Source: Planctomycetota bacterium (GTDB taxonomy: Bacteria > Planctomycetota > UBA1135 > GCA-002748355). From it: a stretch of DNA of 64,000 bases. Below are positions 18,417-27,256 of the stretch, in pieces. The notes below the pieces were generated by a model that made no database searches, was not told the origin of the DNA, and saw only the letters and a program-made list of their open reading frames with translations. The stretch's first letter is position 1; the number at the start of each line of letters is the position of its first letter. The translations under genes and the position numbers were made by a program. The DNA lies in NCBI GenBank assembly GCA_026984035.1, contig JALSSW010000028.1, positions 5,745 to 69,744 of the forward strand. The letters run 5' to 3'.

Positions 18417-18635
18417 TCAGCGCCTTTTCTTTTTAAATGCCAAGAGACTCATTCCTGCCAAGGTTGCGCCGAGGATGGCGAGAACCAGGGTTGAACTTGG
18501 TTCGGGAGTAGGGCGGCCAGGATTGCTGTGGCCATAAAGGGTCGATGCTCGATTCATCCTGCTCGTCTTCATTTGGGACGGAAGGGCAGGAGTCAAGATA
18601 AAGAGCAGGAGGGTTACTGTGATGATTTTATTCAT
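18417..18635 (-). CDS. 72-aa PEP-CTERM sorting-signal miniprotein
   Basis: N-terminal signal peptide MNKIITVTLLLFILTPALPSQ. C-terminal TPEPSSTLVLAILGATLAGMSLLAFKKKRR gives a PEP motif, a TM helix and a basic cluster. Confidence 0.75.
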   Translation of the reverse strand: MNKIITVTLLLFILTPALPSQMKTSRMNRASTLYGHSNPGRPTPEPSSTLVLAILGATLAGMSLLAFKKKRR

Positions 18636-19316
18636 TTTGGGTGATGATACTTAGGTCGGACAATTACGGAACAAGAGGGCCTTTGCTCTAAGAGAAAGAA
18701 ATCTGCCAATTCTCTTCCCAAGCTGAAAGAACCCCCATTGGGGATCCCAAGCTCACAAAGAAAACCTGGAACAAAGCTCCATCTTAAGCTTGCTCATGCA
18801 AATTGCTTCGAAAACTTTGCATTCTCTTTGGCCGCTTTCATCAAGGAACCGGGAAGAGTGGAGCATCCACAAAAGGTGGGGAGCTAAGTTGGCTATGAAT
18901 AATTGCGTATTAAATATGGCGGGTAGCCATGAGAAAGCAAGGGAGAAGGGAGAAAAGAACTGGACTTTGTTTCTTCGTGGATTGGATAAAGGAAGGAATA
19001 GAATATTTTTAAAAAGCCGGAGAAAATTTGAAACTTTGGGAATTCGCCCTTCTATTTGTCTGTCCCAAGGGACGGGGATTCTATCCTTTGTCCTAAGTGG
19101 AGAGAGAGAATATACTCCGAATGGCGGGCTAACTGATCTTGGCCTTGCCAAAAAGGATTTAGAGAGAAAAGAACAGTACGCACGAGGGTTCACACCGAGA
19201 GATTCCGGGCACGGGGTTCGGGATCTCGGGGGCACGGGGTGGACCCTCGGCTTTTTTCTGTACGACCCGTCTGCTCGGCCCGGGGGAGTACCGGAGTAAA
19301 GCTCCTAGGGGAGCCT

Positions 19317-19346
19317 CAGAAAAAGGGCAACCCCCCGAAGGAAGCC
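19317..19346 (-). terminator. Possible intrinsic terminator about 200 nt downstream of ettA
   Basis: The minus strand reads GGCTTCC-TTCG-GGGGGTT GCC followed by CTTTTTCT. It forms a C(UUCG)G tetraloop hairpin containing several G-U pairs. Confidence 0.3.
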
Positions 19347-19548
19347 AAAATCGACTCCAACGAGGGGCTTGGGGTTCAAAACTGGGGGACTTATCGGGGC
19401 CAGCTGGTATTTAGGACGACATCTACGGCCTTTCGAGTTCCCTAATTCTCAAAAAATGTTTTTTTTAGAGTCAAAGAGTCCCTCGGAACAAGCTGGTTCC
19501 AATAGGGATCCCAATAGTGGCAAGAACCCCTGGGTTTTCGGGCTAAGC

Positions 19549-21210
19549 TTAGGCGAGCCTCCTGTGAACCCCTTTTCGCTCAAGCGGATCGATCCCTTCC
19601 TCTCGGATCTTTAATTCTCGATAAGTGTCATAATCACCCAAGAGGAAGCGCCATTTTCCTTCTCCCTCAAGGGCAAGGATGTGGGTGGCGACTTTATTCA
19701 GGAAAAAGCGGTCATGGGAGACAATCAAGGCAGAACCCGGGTAATGTTCCAGGGCTTCCTCCAGAACCTGAAGGGTGGGAATGTCCAGATCATTGGTCGG
19801 TTCATCGAAAATCAAGAAATTGCCCCCATTGCGGAGCATCTTGGCAAGTTGAACCCGGTTCCTCTGCCCTCCCGAGAGGTTCCCTACCAGCTTTTGTTGG
19901 TCCTCCCCCCGAAAATGGAAGCGGGCAAGATAAGCTCGGGAGGACATAAAGGACTGTCCAAAAGGGATTTCATCCGCTCCATCTGCGATTTCCTGAAAGA
20001 CGGTTTTTTTGTCATCCAGCACGAGGCGGCTTTGGTCCAGGTAGCAAATTTCCACGGTTGAGCCGATCTCGATACTTCCAGAATCCGGTTCCTCATTTCC
20101 CAGGATCATCCGGAGAAGAGTTGTTTTGCCCGCTCCATTTTCTCCTATGACCCCAACGATGGCACCGGGAGCAACCTCGAAGCTTAGATCATGGATTAGG
20201 GTGCGATCCCCGAAGGATTTGCTGATTCCATGTAGGTTGAGGACTTTATTCCCCAGCTTCTTTCCGGGAGGGATTTGGAGGTCGATTTCCCCTGATTCCA
20301 TATCCTTTTGTTCTTGCCGAAGTTCCTCATAGCGGCGAAGTCTGGCTTTATTCTTTGTCGCACGGGCTTTGGGACTTGTTCGAATCCAGGCAAGCTCCTG
20401 TTTGAGCTTTCTTTGCCTGGCGGCTTCTTGTTTTTTCTCGGCGTTCATGCGGGCGGCTTTTTGCTCAAGATAGGCCGAGTAATTGCCTTGATAGGGAATG
20501 GCCTTTCCTCGCTCGATCTCGAGCATCCAGTTGACGACTTTGTCCAGGAAGTATCGATCATGGGTAATGAGGACAATCGTTCCCTTGTAATTCGCGAGGT
20601 GAGTTTCGAGCCAACCGACGGTGTTGGCATCCAAATGGTTGGTCGGTTCATCCAAAAGAAGGAGGTCAGGGTGGGAGATCAAGGCCTTACAGAGGGAGAT
20701 TCTACGTTTTTCTCCTCCAGAGAGCTTGTCCACCAAAACGTCGTCCGGGGGGAGGGCCAGGGCCTGCGCGGCCTGATCCAATATGCGATCAATCTCCCAT
20801 CCATCCGCATGGTCGATTTCGATCTGTAGACGCTCCATCTTGGCCATGGCCTTTTCCATCTCTTCCCCCTCGAAGTCACCGAGAGAGCTTGCCAGGTCTT
20901 CGTAATCTTGGACCAGCTGATGGATATGCGAGACGGCTTCGTCCAAGTGTTCCCGGACGGTCATTCCCGTTTGGAGTTCAGGCTCTTGTGGGACATAACC
21001 TATTTTCAATCCATCAATCGGCTTGGCTTCGCCGTCAAAGTCTTTGTCCACCCCGGCAAGAATACGTAAAAGGGTGGTTTTACCCGCACCATTGGAGCCA
21101 ATGACGCCAATCCGAGCATCTTCGAGGAAGGCCAAGGAGATTTCGTCCAGGATGACATGGGTCCCATAGGCCTTTTTTAGCTTGTTGATATGAAAAACTG
21201 GTTTGCTCAT
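19549..21210 (-). CDS. ettA: Energy-dependent translational throttle protein EttA (ABC-F ATPase)
   Basis: 553 aa with two ABC cassettes (GVIGSNGAGKTTLLR, GVIGENGAGKTTLLR; LSGGEKRR, LSGGQRNR). The arm/linker region is typical of EttA. Confidence 0.9.
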   Translation of the reverse strand: MSKPVFHINKLKKAYGTHVILDEISLAFLEDARIGVIGSNGAGKTTLLRILAGVDKDFDGEAKPIDGLKIGYVPQEPELQTGMTVREHLDEAVSHIHQLVQDYEDLASSLGDFEGEEMEKAMAKMERLQIEIDHADGWEIDRILDQAAQALALPPDDVLVDKLSGGEKRRISLCKALISHPDLLLLDEPTNHLDANTVGWLETHLANYKGTIVLITHDRYFLDKVVNWMLEIERGKAIPYQGNYSAYLEQKAARMNAEKKQEAARQRKLKQELAWIRTSPKARATKNKARLRRYEELRQEQKDMESGEIDLQIPPGKKLGNKVLNLHGISKSFGDRTLIHDLSFEVAPGAIVGVIGENGAGKTTLLRMILGNEEPDSGSIEIGSTVEICYLDQSRLVLDDKKTVFQEIADGADEIPFGQSFMSSRAYLARFHFRGEDQQKLVGNLSGGQRNRVQLAKMLRNGGNFLIFDEPTNDLDIPTLQVLEEALEHYPGSALIVSHDRFFLNKVATHILALEGEGKWRFLLGDYDTYRELKIREEGIDPLERKGVHRRLA

Positions 21211-21339
21211 ATTGGCTCAATCTCGTGATGAAATGCGGGACAGAAGGGATTTCTGCCAACTCCCCCTTTTTTTGGCGAAGAATCATAGTCTGAATGGGCC
21301 GAGAACAGAAGAGGGACTCGGATGAAGTCTGGCGATGCG

Positions 21340-23406
21340 TCAACCTAGGATCAGCTGGATCTTACCCCGTTTGTCCACACCTTTGACTTCTACTTCAAGT
21401 TCTTCACCTTCTTTAGGGCGAAGTTTGCCTAGGGCCGATTTATGGACCAGGCCTTCGGCAGAATCAAAGATCTTGACGAAAACCCCAAAATCTTTGACCC
21501 CAGTGACCTTTCCTTTGTAGCGTTTTCCTACCTGGACCTTTGCCCCGCAACGGCGGACGGCTTCGACGGCAGCGCGGGCGGAACTGCCGTCTTTAGCATA
21601 GATCGTGACCAATCCCTCCTCATTGACCGAGACCTGTGCGCCTGTCTTGGCCTGGAGTTCTTGGATGTTTTTACCTTTGGGGCCGATGAGGGTCCCGATG
21701 AGGGAGCGTTGGATCCGAACCGTCTTTACTTGTGGAGCATGTGCAGCCACCTCTTTGGGTTGACCAGCTTCCGGTAGGATCTTGTTCATTTCTGCAAGAA
21801 TGTGATTTAAACCTTTGCGGGCCTGCCGGATTGCTTGTTGAAGGATCTCTTTTTTCAAACCGCCTAGCTTATTGTCCATCTGGAGAGCAGTGATTCCTCT
21901 TGGAGTTCCAGTAATTTTGAAGTCCATATCCCCAAGGTGGTCTTCATCCCCAAGGATGTCACTGAGGATGGTTATTGTGGATTCCTCCTTGATGAGGCCC
22001 ATGGCGATACCGGCCATGCGGGTTGTAAGGGGGACACCCGCACTGAGGAGGGCGAGGCAGCCACCGCAAACGGTAGCCATGGAGCTGGATCCATTACTTT
22101 CGAGGATGTCTGATTCAACCCTTATGGAGTAGGGGAAGGTTTCAAAAGGAGGGATGGCCACGGAAAGGGCCCGCCAGGCCAAATTCCCATGGCCGATTTC
22201 GCGGCGCCCTGGGCCTCGGAGGGGGCGGGTTTCTCCAACTGAGAAAGGGGGGAAGTTATAGTGAAGCAGGAACCGACGCTCCTCCCTTCCGAATAAGCCT
22301 TCGACGCTCTGAAAGTCGCGTGCAGTTCCAAGAGTGCAGGTGCAGGCAGCTTGAGTTTGGCCCCGAGTAAAAAGGGCGGAGCCGTGGGGGCCTTCGAGCC
22401 ATTCGGTTTTTCCCCAGATCGGTCGGATCTCATCAGGTTTCCGGCCATCCATTCGGGTTTGAGTTTGGGCAAGTTGGGAGCGGAGGACCCGTTTCTGGAG
22501 CTGGGCGAAAAGTTTCGGGGCCGCCTCAATCTGTTCTTGAGAAGCTCCATCCTCTTTGAGTTGTTCCAGAAGCTCGTTCAGGAGGGTGGAAACCTTTTCC
22601 TGGCGTGCGGTCTTGTCCTGGAGCTTTTGCGCTTCGATGAGGCTTGCTTCACAAGCCTGTCTGATTTTCTTCTCGAGTCCCAAGGGGGCAGGGGGTGGAA
22701 CGAAGCTTTGCTTCTTTTTGCCCACGACTTCCCTCCATGAAGCGAGTTTTTTCTGGAGAATCTCGAGTCGGTCCACGGTCAGGAGAAGGTGGTCGAGGAT
22801 GGTGTCCTCGGGGATATCTTTGGCGCTCCCTTCCACCATAACGATCCCTTCAGGCCCGACGGAAACGATGAGGTCGGCATCAGCGGATTCGCGCTCTGCC
22901 AAAACTGGGAGCAGGACACTTTGGTCGCGAAATAGGGTGCTCCGGCAACCCGCGACGGGGCCGGAAAAAGGAATGCTGGAAATATGGAGAGCGACCCCAG
23001 CCCCCAGGAGGGCGAGGCTGACGGGATCCCCTGTTTCATGGGCTGAGAGGACCATGGTCATCACTTGGACTTCCCTTCGATAGCCTTCGGGGAACAGGGG
23101 GCGGATGGATCGGTCGATGATTCGACTTGCGAGGATTTCATGGTCTGAGATTCGACCCTCTCTCCGCAAAAAATTTCCTGGGATCCGCCCTGCAGAGGCC
23201 AACTTCTCCCGATATTCAACCGTCAGAGGGAAGAAGTCCATCCCTATCCGATCTTCCCTTGCTCCGGTTACGGTGACAAGGACACTCGTTTTTCCATCAC
23301 GGACGAGGACTGCCGCGTCGGCCTGGCGGGCGACTTGGCCTGTTTCAAAGCGGATGGGGTGGCCCCCGATTTCCACTTCTAGAGTGGAGGGTTCGATACA
23401 GTTCAT
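21340..23406 (-). CDS. pnp: Polyribonucleotide nucleotidyltransferase (PNPase)
   Basis: Two RNase PH-like domains followed by KH (IGPKGKNIQELQ) and S1 (GKVTGVKDFGVFVKI) domains; 688 aa. Confidence 0.95.
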   Translation of the reverse strand: MNCIEPSTLEVEIGGHPIRFETGQVARQADAAVLVRDGKTSVLVTVTGAREDRIGMDFFPLTVEYREKLASAGRIPGNFLRREGRISDHEILASRIIDRSIRPLFPEGYRREVQVMTMVLSAHETGDPVSLALLGAGVALHISSIPFSGPVAGCRSTLFRDQSVLLPVLAERESADADLIVSVGPEGIVMVEGSAKDIPEDTILDHLLLTVDRLEILQKKLASWREVVGKKKQSFVPPPAPLGLEKKIRQACEASLIEAQKLQDKTARQEKVSTLLNELLEQLKEDGASQEQIEAAPKLFAQLQKRVLRSQLAQTQTRMDGRKPDEIRPIWGKTEWLEGPHGSALFTRGQTQAACTCTLGTARDFQSVEGLFGREERRFLLHYNFPPFSVGETRPLRGPGRREIGHGNLAWRALSVAIPPFETFPYSIRVESDILESNGSSSMATVCGGCLALLSAGVPLTTRMAGIAMGLIKEESTITILSDILGDEDHLGDMDFKITGTPRGITALQMDNKLGGLKKEILQQAIRQARKGLNHILAEMNKILPEAGQPKEVAAHAPQVKTVRIQRSLIGTLIGPKGKNIQELQAKTGAQVSVNEEGLVTIYAKDGSSARAAVEAVRRCGAKVQVGKRYKGKVTGVKDFGVFVKIFDSAEGLVHKSALGKLRPKEGEELEVEVKGVDKRGKIQLILG

Positions 23407-23518
23407 GGGGGGAAGGCTAACCTGCTTGATTCCGGAGAGCGAGGGAAGAAGGGGCGCTTTTGTTGACCCCTCACAAAAACCTCATGGGGGCATACCCAAG
23501 CCCATGAACTCAAGCCCG

Positions 23519-23947
23519 CTAATTGACGAAAGGGAATCGCATGGTTCGTAGGCTTGTTCTGACAACTCGGACTTTGGACAGCCCTGTTCCCTTATTATCT
23601 TGATAGAAGGTAAGTCCCGAAAATTTCCGAAGAACGTAATCACCATTGACGAAGAAGATCTCCATCCAAGGGTCCCTGTCTTCTTTGGCCTCGAGAAGCC
23701 TCAGTTCACGGATGTTCTCTGAGGGGATTTTGGTGAAATCTTTGCCTTTGCCATCTCTGATTCCCAGGGAGGAGAAGGTCACAATGGCGGCGATTTCTTC
23801 ACCTTTTTGGGTTTCGGGAAGCTTCGTTCCTTGACGTGGAGCTGCGAAAAGGTCCTTAGGAAGGACTTTCCCGATCCCCATGGTCAGAACGCTTCCGAGA
23901 AGGATAAGTCCACAAAGGAAAAGGCGGGAAGGGTTGGGATGATTCAT
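23519..23947 (-). CDS. Hypothetical secreted protein
   Basis: From the internal ATG at 23947 the sequence is MNHPNPSRLFLCGLILLGSVLTMG (signal-like). No known motif recognised. The track ORF starts at 23995. Confidence 0.5.
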   Translation of the reverse strand: MNHPNPSRLFLCGLILLGSVLTMGIGKVLPKDLFAAPRQGTKLPETQKGEEIAAIVTFSSLGIRDGKGKDFTKIPSENIRELRLLEAKEDRDPWMEIFFVNGDYVLRKFSGLTFYQDNKGTGLSKVRVVRTSLRTMRFPFVN

Positions 23948-24065
23948 TGCTATCTCCAAAGGTTTTTCTGAGGGCTTGTGTGTCCTATTCTTCAAGTTCG
24001 GTTCTTATCAAAGGCCGAACCAACGGAGTTGGTTTTTTACTTATTTTTTTTGGGACGGATCCTTT

Positions 24066-25100
24066 TTGCCGCGCTTCCCCCTCTTTTGCCTGTTTTTACT
24101 CCTGTCCTCAGGGTTTTTCTTGGGCTGCAGTGAGAGTCCAGGCTTTTCCAGGGGAAAGATCGAGGTGGAGGCAGCGTTTCTCAATCCTCGAGAACGTGTC
24201 TCCCTGGGGGGGCAGGCAATGCACTCTTTGGCCTTCGTGGAGCGCAAGCTGGGGGAAAAGCTGGAATCCAGGGTGGTCCTTCGTGTTTTTCGGACGAAGG
24301 AAGAACTCCCTCCTTCGATTCGTCCCAGTTTTCGCAGTTTCACCGTGGCCTTGGCCGAGCGGCCCATTCCTCGGATCACTGTTTTGCGAAACCGGCTTCA
24401 AGGAGCTCCTCCTGGAGATCTTCGCTCTGTTTTGACCCATGAATTCGTCCACCTTGTTCTCTTCCAGATGGCGCGAAAAGGGGGAGCCGGGAGGCACCTT
24501 CCGCTTTGGTTTCATGAAGGTTTGGCCCAGGAGATCGCGGGAGCTCGGCTTTTCGACCGTTCAGGGGAAATACTTGCAGCAAGGGCTGCTGGGGGCCATC
24601 TCCTCTCGTGGATGCAGTTGCGTGAGCGCTTACCCTCCGACGAAGAAGATGCCCGTTTCGCCTATGTGCAGGCTGCCGATTTCTTTGCTTTCCTGATTCA
24701 GGAGCTGGGTCTTCCCTTAATCCTGGAGATGGCAAGGGACTATCTATCAGGGAATGCTGATTCCCTCGATGCAGCACTTGCAAAAAATCGCTGGGAATCC
24801 TTTACCGCTCTCCAAGGACAATGGAAGAGGTTGGTGGAAGAAGGGAGGGGCATCTGGTGGGTTTTTGGGAATCATCTTTTTGACCTTCTTTTAATTCTTA
24901 GTGTTCCTCTTCTTTTCCTTGTCCTTCGGCGTCGGTACTTTCGAGAGAAGGAAGCCGGGAAACGGCTGGAAGAATGGGAAGCCTATACCGAGAGATGGGA
25001 TGGAATCGAAGCAGAAGGACCTGAAGAGCCATCAGAAGAAGATCCAGAAGAAGTGGAGGAAGGCGATTTGGACCGCCAGAATTGGGACACCTATCTATAG
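24066..25100 (+). CDS. Putative lipoprotein with an MA-clan (gluzincin-like) HExxH...E motif
   Basis: LTHEFVHLV followed 22 aa later by WFHEGLAQE. A possible TTG start at 24066 gives the leader PRFPLFCLFLLLSSGFFLGC (lipobox-like). C-terminal TM helix and an acidic tail. The track ORF starts at TTG 23976. Confidence 0.55.
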   Translation: MPRFPLFCLFLLLSSGFFLGCSESPGFSRGKIEVEAAFLNPRERVSLGGQAMHSLAFVERKLGEKLESRVVLRVFRTKEELPPSIRPSFRSFTVALAERPIPRITVLRNRLQGAPPGDLRSVLTHEFVHLVLFQMARKGGAGRHLPLWFHEGLAQEIAGARLFDRSGEILAARAAGGHLLSWMQLRERLPSDEEDARFAYVQAADFFAFLIQELGLPLILEMARDYLSGNADSLDAALAKNRWESFTALQGQWKRLVEEGRGIWWVFGNHLFDLLLILSVPLLFLVLRRRYFREKEAGKRLEEWEAYTERWDGIEAEGPEEPSEEDPEEVEEGDLDRQNWDTYL

Positions 25101-25716
25101 GTTGATTGGGTCCACTTGGAGGGTGCATGTTGAGGGCGGGGAGTTGAAGGAAATCCTTGCGCGTCCTGAGGGGGTTTTGGGAGCCTTTTTACATGGTCGC
25201 TTGTTGGCAGCGGGGGTGGCTTTTCAAAACCTTGGGATAGGAATCATGAGCAGCCACCATACGGATGGGGAGATCATCCATCGAGTGGTACGCAAGATGG
25301 GCTATGTGACAGTAAGGGGGTCTACGACTCGGGGAGGAGCCCGGGCCTTGCTCGAACTGTCTCGATTGGAATCTCAAATTCCCCTTGCGCTTACTCCTGA
25401 TGGGCCACGTGGGCCCGAGGGAAAACTCCAGGATGGATTTGCCCTTCTTGCTTCCAAGACAGGCAGGGCGATCATCCCTGCAGGAATCGCAGCCACCCCT
25501 TGCGTGCGCTTGAATTCTTGGGATCGCATGGTCATTCCCCTGCCCTTTGCCAGGGTCCAGGTCTTTCTTGCTGAGCCTATTGTTCTTTCTCAGGAACTTT
25601 CCCGAGACGAGATTTCAGCGTCAACGGATCTGGTAAGAGAGAGAATCCTGGAAATGGAGCGCCTTGCATGGGAGAAACTCGGCAAGGATCCTCTTAAAGA
25701 ATTACCGCCGGCCTGA
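25000..25716 (+). CDS. DUF374-type (lysophospholipid acyltransferase-like) protein
   Basis: SSHHTDGEIIHRVVRKMGYVTVRGSTTRGGARALLEL...LALTPDGPRGPEGKLQDGFALLASKTGRAIIP matches the DUF374 pattern. The start is uncertain: ATG 25000, or TTG 25102 just after the upstream stop. Confidence 0.65.
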   Translation: MESKQKDLKSHQKKIQKKWRKAIWTARIGTPIYRLIGSTWRVHVEGGELKEILARPEGVLGAFLHGRLLAAGVAFQNLGIGIMSSHHTDGEIIHRVVRKMGYVTVRGSTTRGGARALLELSRLESQIPLALTPDGPRGPEGKLQDGFALLASKTGRAIIPAGIAATPCVRLNSWDRMVIPLPFARVQVFLAEPIVLSQELSRDEISASTDLVRERILEMERLAWEKLGKDPLKELPPA

Positions 25717-27256
25717 AGTCTTCATTCTCCGACATCGAGAAATCTTGAGATTGCAAAGAGAGTGTTTGCTCTTGGAGTTCCAAGGGGGTTCCTGGGAATG
25801 GAGCAAGAACGGGATCCGTTTGATCTTGGGCCCAATCTCGGTGCCAATGGGCCAGGCAGTTGAGGTCTTGGCTGCGAAATGCCTTTCCGAGGGCCAGGGA
25901 GTATTCTACCTGCCTTCCATGGAAGCCCAAGGGGAGGATGGCTCCATCGAACTGCTCAAAGCGGAGAGGGCCTTTCAAGATCTCCAAACATTGTTGCCCC
26001 AATTGGTCAGCTTCTCTGTTCATGCCTAAAGCTCGCAAGAGAAAACGCAGGTTTTGACGGGGAGGGAGATAGTCGTTCATATTTTTTGCTGCACGCTCAA
26101 GGAGTCCGATCCAGTATTCTCCCACCTTTGGGTTCGTGGGATGGTTCTCGCTTAAATGGCGGTGGATGAGAGCCGCTGCAAAGTTGTTGTAGACACGTGG
26201 ATCGTTCGGGCTCAGAGAATGAGCGAATTCGAAGGCAGCAACCAGATTGGAAAGAGGTGCCCAAGTTAGGGTCATCATCTCTGCTCGACAGAGAGCTCGT
26301 GTCGCTTGTTGTGTTGGATTTCGGTGAGAGAGGTCAATGGAGCGAAACAACTCTTCGAGAGGTTCACAAAGCTTTGCCATGCGATAGTTCTGCACCCTTT
26401 GGTGGGCTGCTTTTGCGATGGCTTTTCTCTCTTCATTGTGCTCAAGGAGCCAATGAACCTTTTGTTCGAAGTCATTTGGCCCATAGAGCACCACTTCTTT
26501 ATCTGGTTCAAAGAAGTTCCGAATCTCCGTGTTCTCCCGTTCCATTAAGAGTGCGGCACCGCAAGCAGGCGCCTCGAAGCAGCGCAGGTTGATCTCTCCG
26601 CGGATGCTCCGATTGAAGGCGATTTTCGAACGCGAGAGAATGCGTCCATAAGCTTCCCCTTGGGGGGCATTTCCGAGGAAGACTTTACAGCTTGAAAGGT
26701 CCTTGAGGCGTTGGGTCCAAACGTGTCTTTCTCTTTGGATCTCTGGATTCAAATTGCCTAAAAAACAGAGGTCAATGTCACGTTCTAGAGGGTTTCCTGC
26801 GTTGTCCTTGTAGATCTTGTGTACATCAGGTCGGAAAGAAAATTGACACCAGGGTTCAATTCTATGAAAGGGAAGACGGCCAAGGACTTGGAGGCCGGGA
26901 TGATCCACGAGAAGTAGATCAACAACGGACCAAAGCCTGGTTTGGCAAGGCAGAGTTAGATTGTAGTCCGATATGACTCCCACAACGGGATAGGGGCAAC
27001 GCTCAAGCCCTTCCGGTAAGGGCTCTTGGTCTGGCCACCAGAGCATCATTGCATCGGGTTGAAAACCTTTTGCCCGGTTTCGGACTTCTCTATGGATGTC
27101 CTCGATGCATATGGAAGATGTGTCCAAGGGAATGTCGTAGGAGTAGGTTCGATCGCCCACCCTGCGTCCCGTGGCAGGGCCAAAACTCAAGAATTCGAAG
27201 GGAAAATCCTCTCTCTTCCCAAACATCTCGAAAGGAAAGTTGGTTAGGAGGCGCAT
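25694..27256 (-). CDS. CgeB-like glycosyltransferase (Glyco_trans_1_2 type) with a C-terminal helical-repeat extension
   Basis: DLCFLGNLNPEIQRERH...AFNRSIRGEINLRCFEAPACGAALLMERENTEIRNFFEPDKEVVLY is typical of CgeB/DUF3880-type GTs. About 190 aa of helical tail follow. Confidence 0.7.
   Translation of the reverse strand: MRLLTNFPFEMFGKREDFPFEFLSFGPATGRRVGDRTYSYDIPLDTSSICIEDIHREVRNRAKGFQPDAMMLWWPDQEPLPEGLERCPYPVVGVISDYNLTLPCQTRLWSVVDLLLVDHPGLQVLGRLPFHRIEPWCQFSFRPDVHKIYKDNAGNPLERDIDLCFLGNLNPEIQRERHVWTQRLKDLSSCKVFLGNAPQGEAYGRILSRSKIAFNRSIRGEINLRCFEAPACGAALLMERENTEIRNFFEPDKEVVLYGPNDFEQKVHWLLEHNEERKAIAKAAHQRVQNYRMAKLCEPLEELFRSIDLSHRNPTQQATRALCRAEMMTLTWAPLSNLVAAFEFAHSLSPNDPRVYNNFAAALIHRHLSENHPTNPKVGEYWIGLLERAAKNMNDYLPPRQNLRFLLRALGMNREADQLGQQCLEILKGPLRFEQFDGAILPLGFHGRQVEYSLALGKAFRSQDLNCLAHWHRDWAQDQTDPVLAPFPGTPLELQEQTLSLQSQDFSMSENEDFRPAVIL

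Noticed and set aside
18693-18709. Sigma-54-like element TTGGCAG-N5-TTTCT about 60 nt upstream of the PEP-CTERM gene
   Set aside because: The -24 GG is present, but the invariant -12 GC is TC, and the C of TGGCAC is G. Two mismatches in an element this short are within chance expectation. I keep it only as a note, because PEP-CTERM genes are often sigma-54 regulated.
18753-19299. Two ORFs of 160 aa (minus strand) and 169 aa (plus strand) covering the ettA / PEP-CTERM spacer
   Set aside because: They are antisense to each other. They are rich in Arg/Ser/Pro/Leu, with no motifs, no plausible start context and no protein-like periodicity. I treat them as non-coding (see the finding on 18636-19548).
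18636-19548. Looked for tmRNA, RNase P RNA, SRP RNA or a tRNA in the long spacer
   Set aside because: No GGAAAGTCCGG (RNase P), no T-arm plus CCACCA end or tag ORF (tmRNA), and no GGAAGCAGCC-type SRP helix-8 motif. GAAGGAAGCC at 19337-19346 is only a partial resemblance. These cannot be called without a covariance-model scan.
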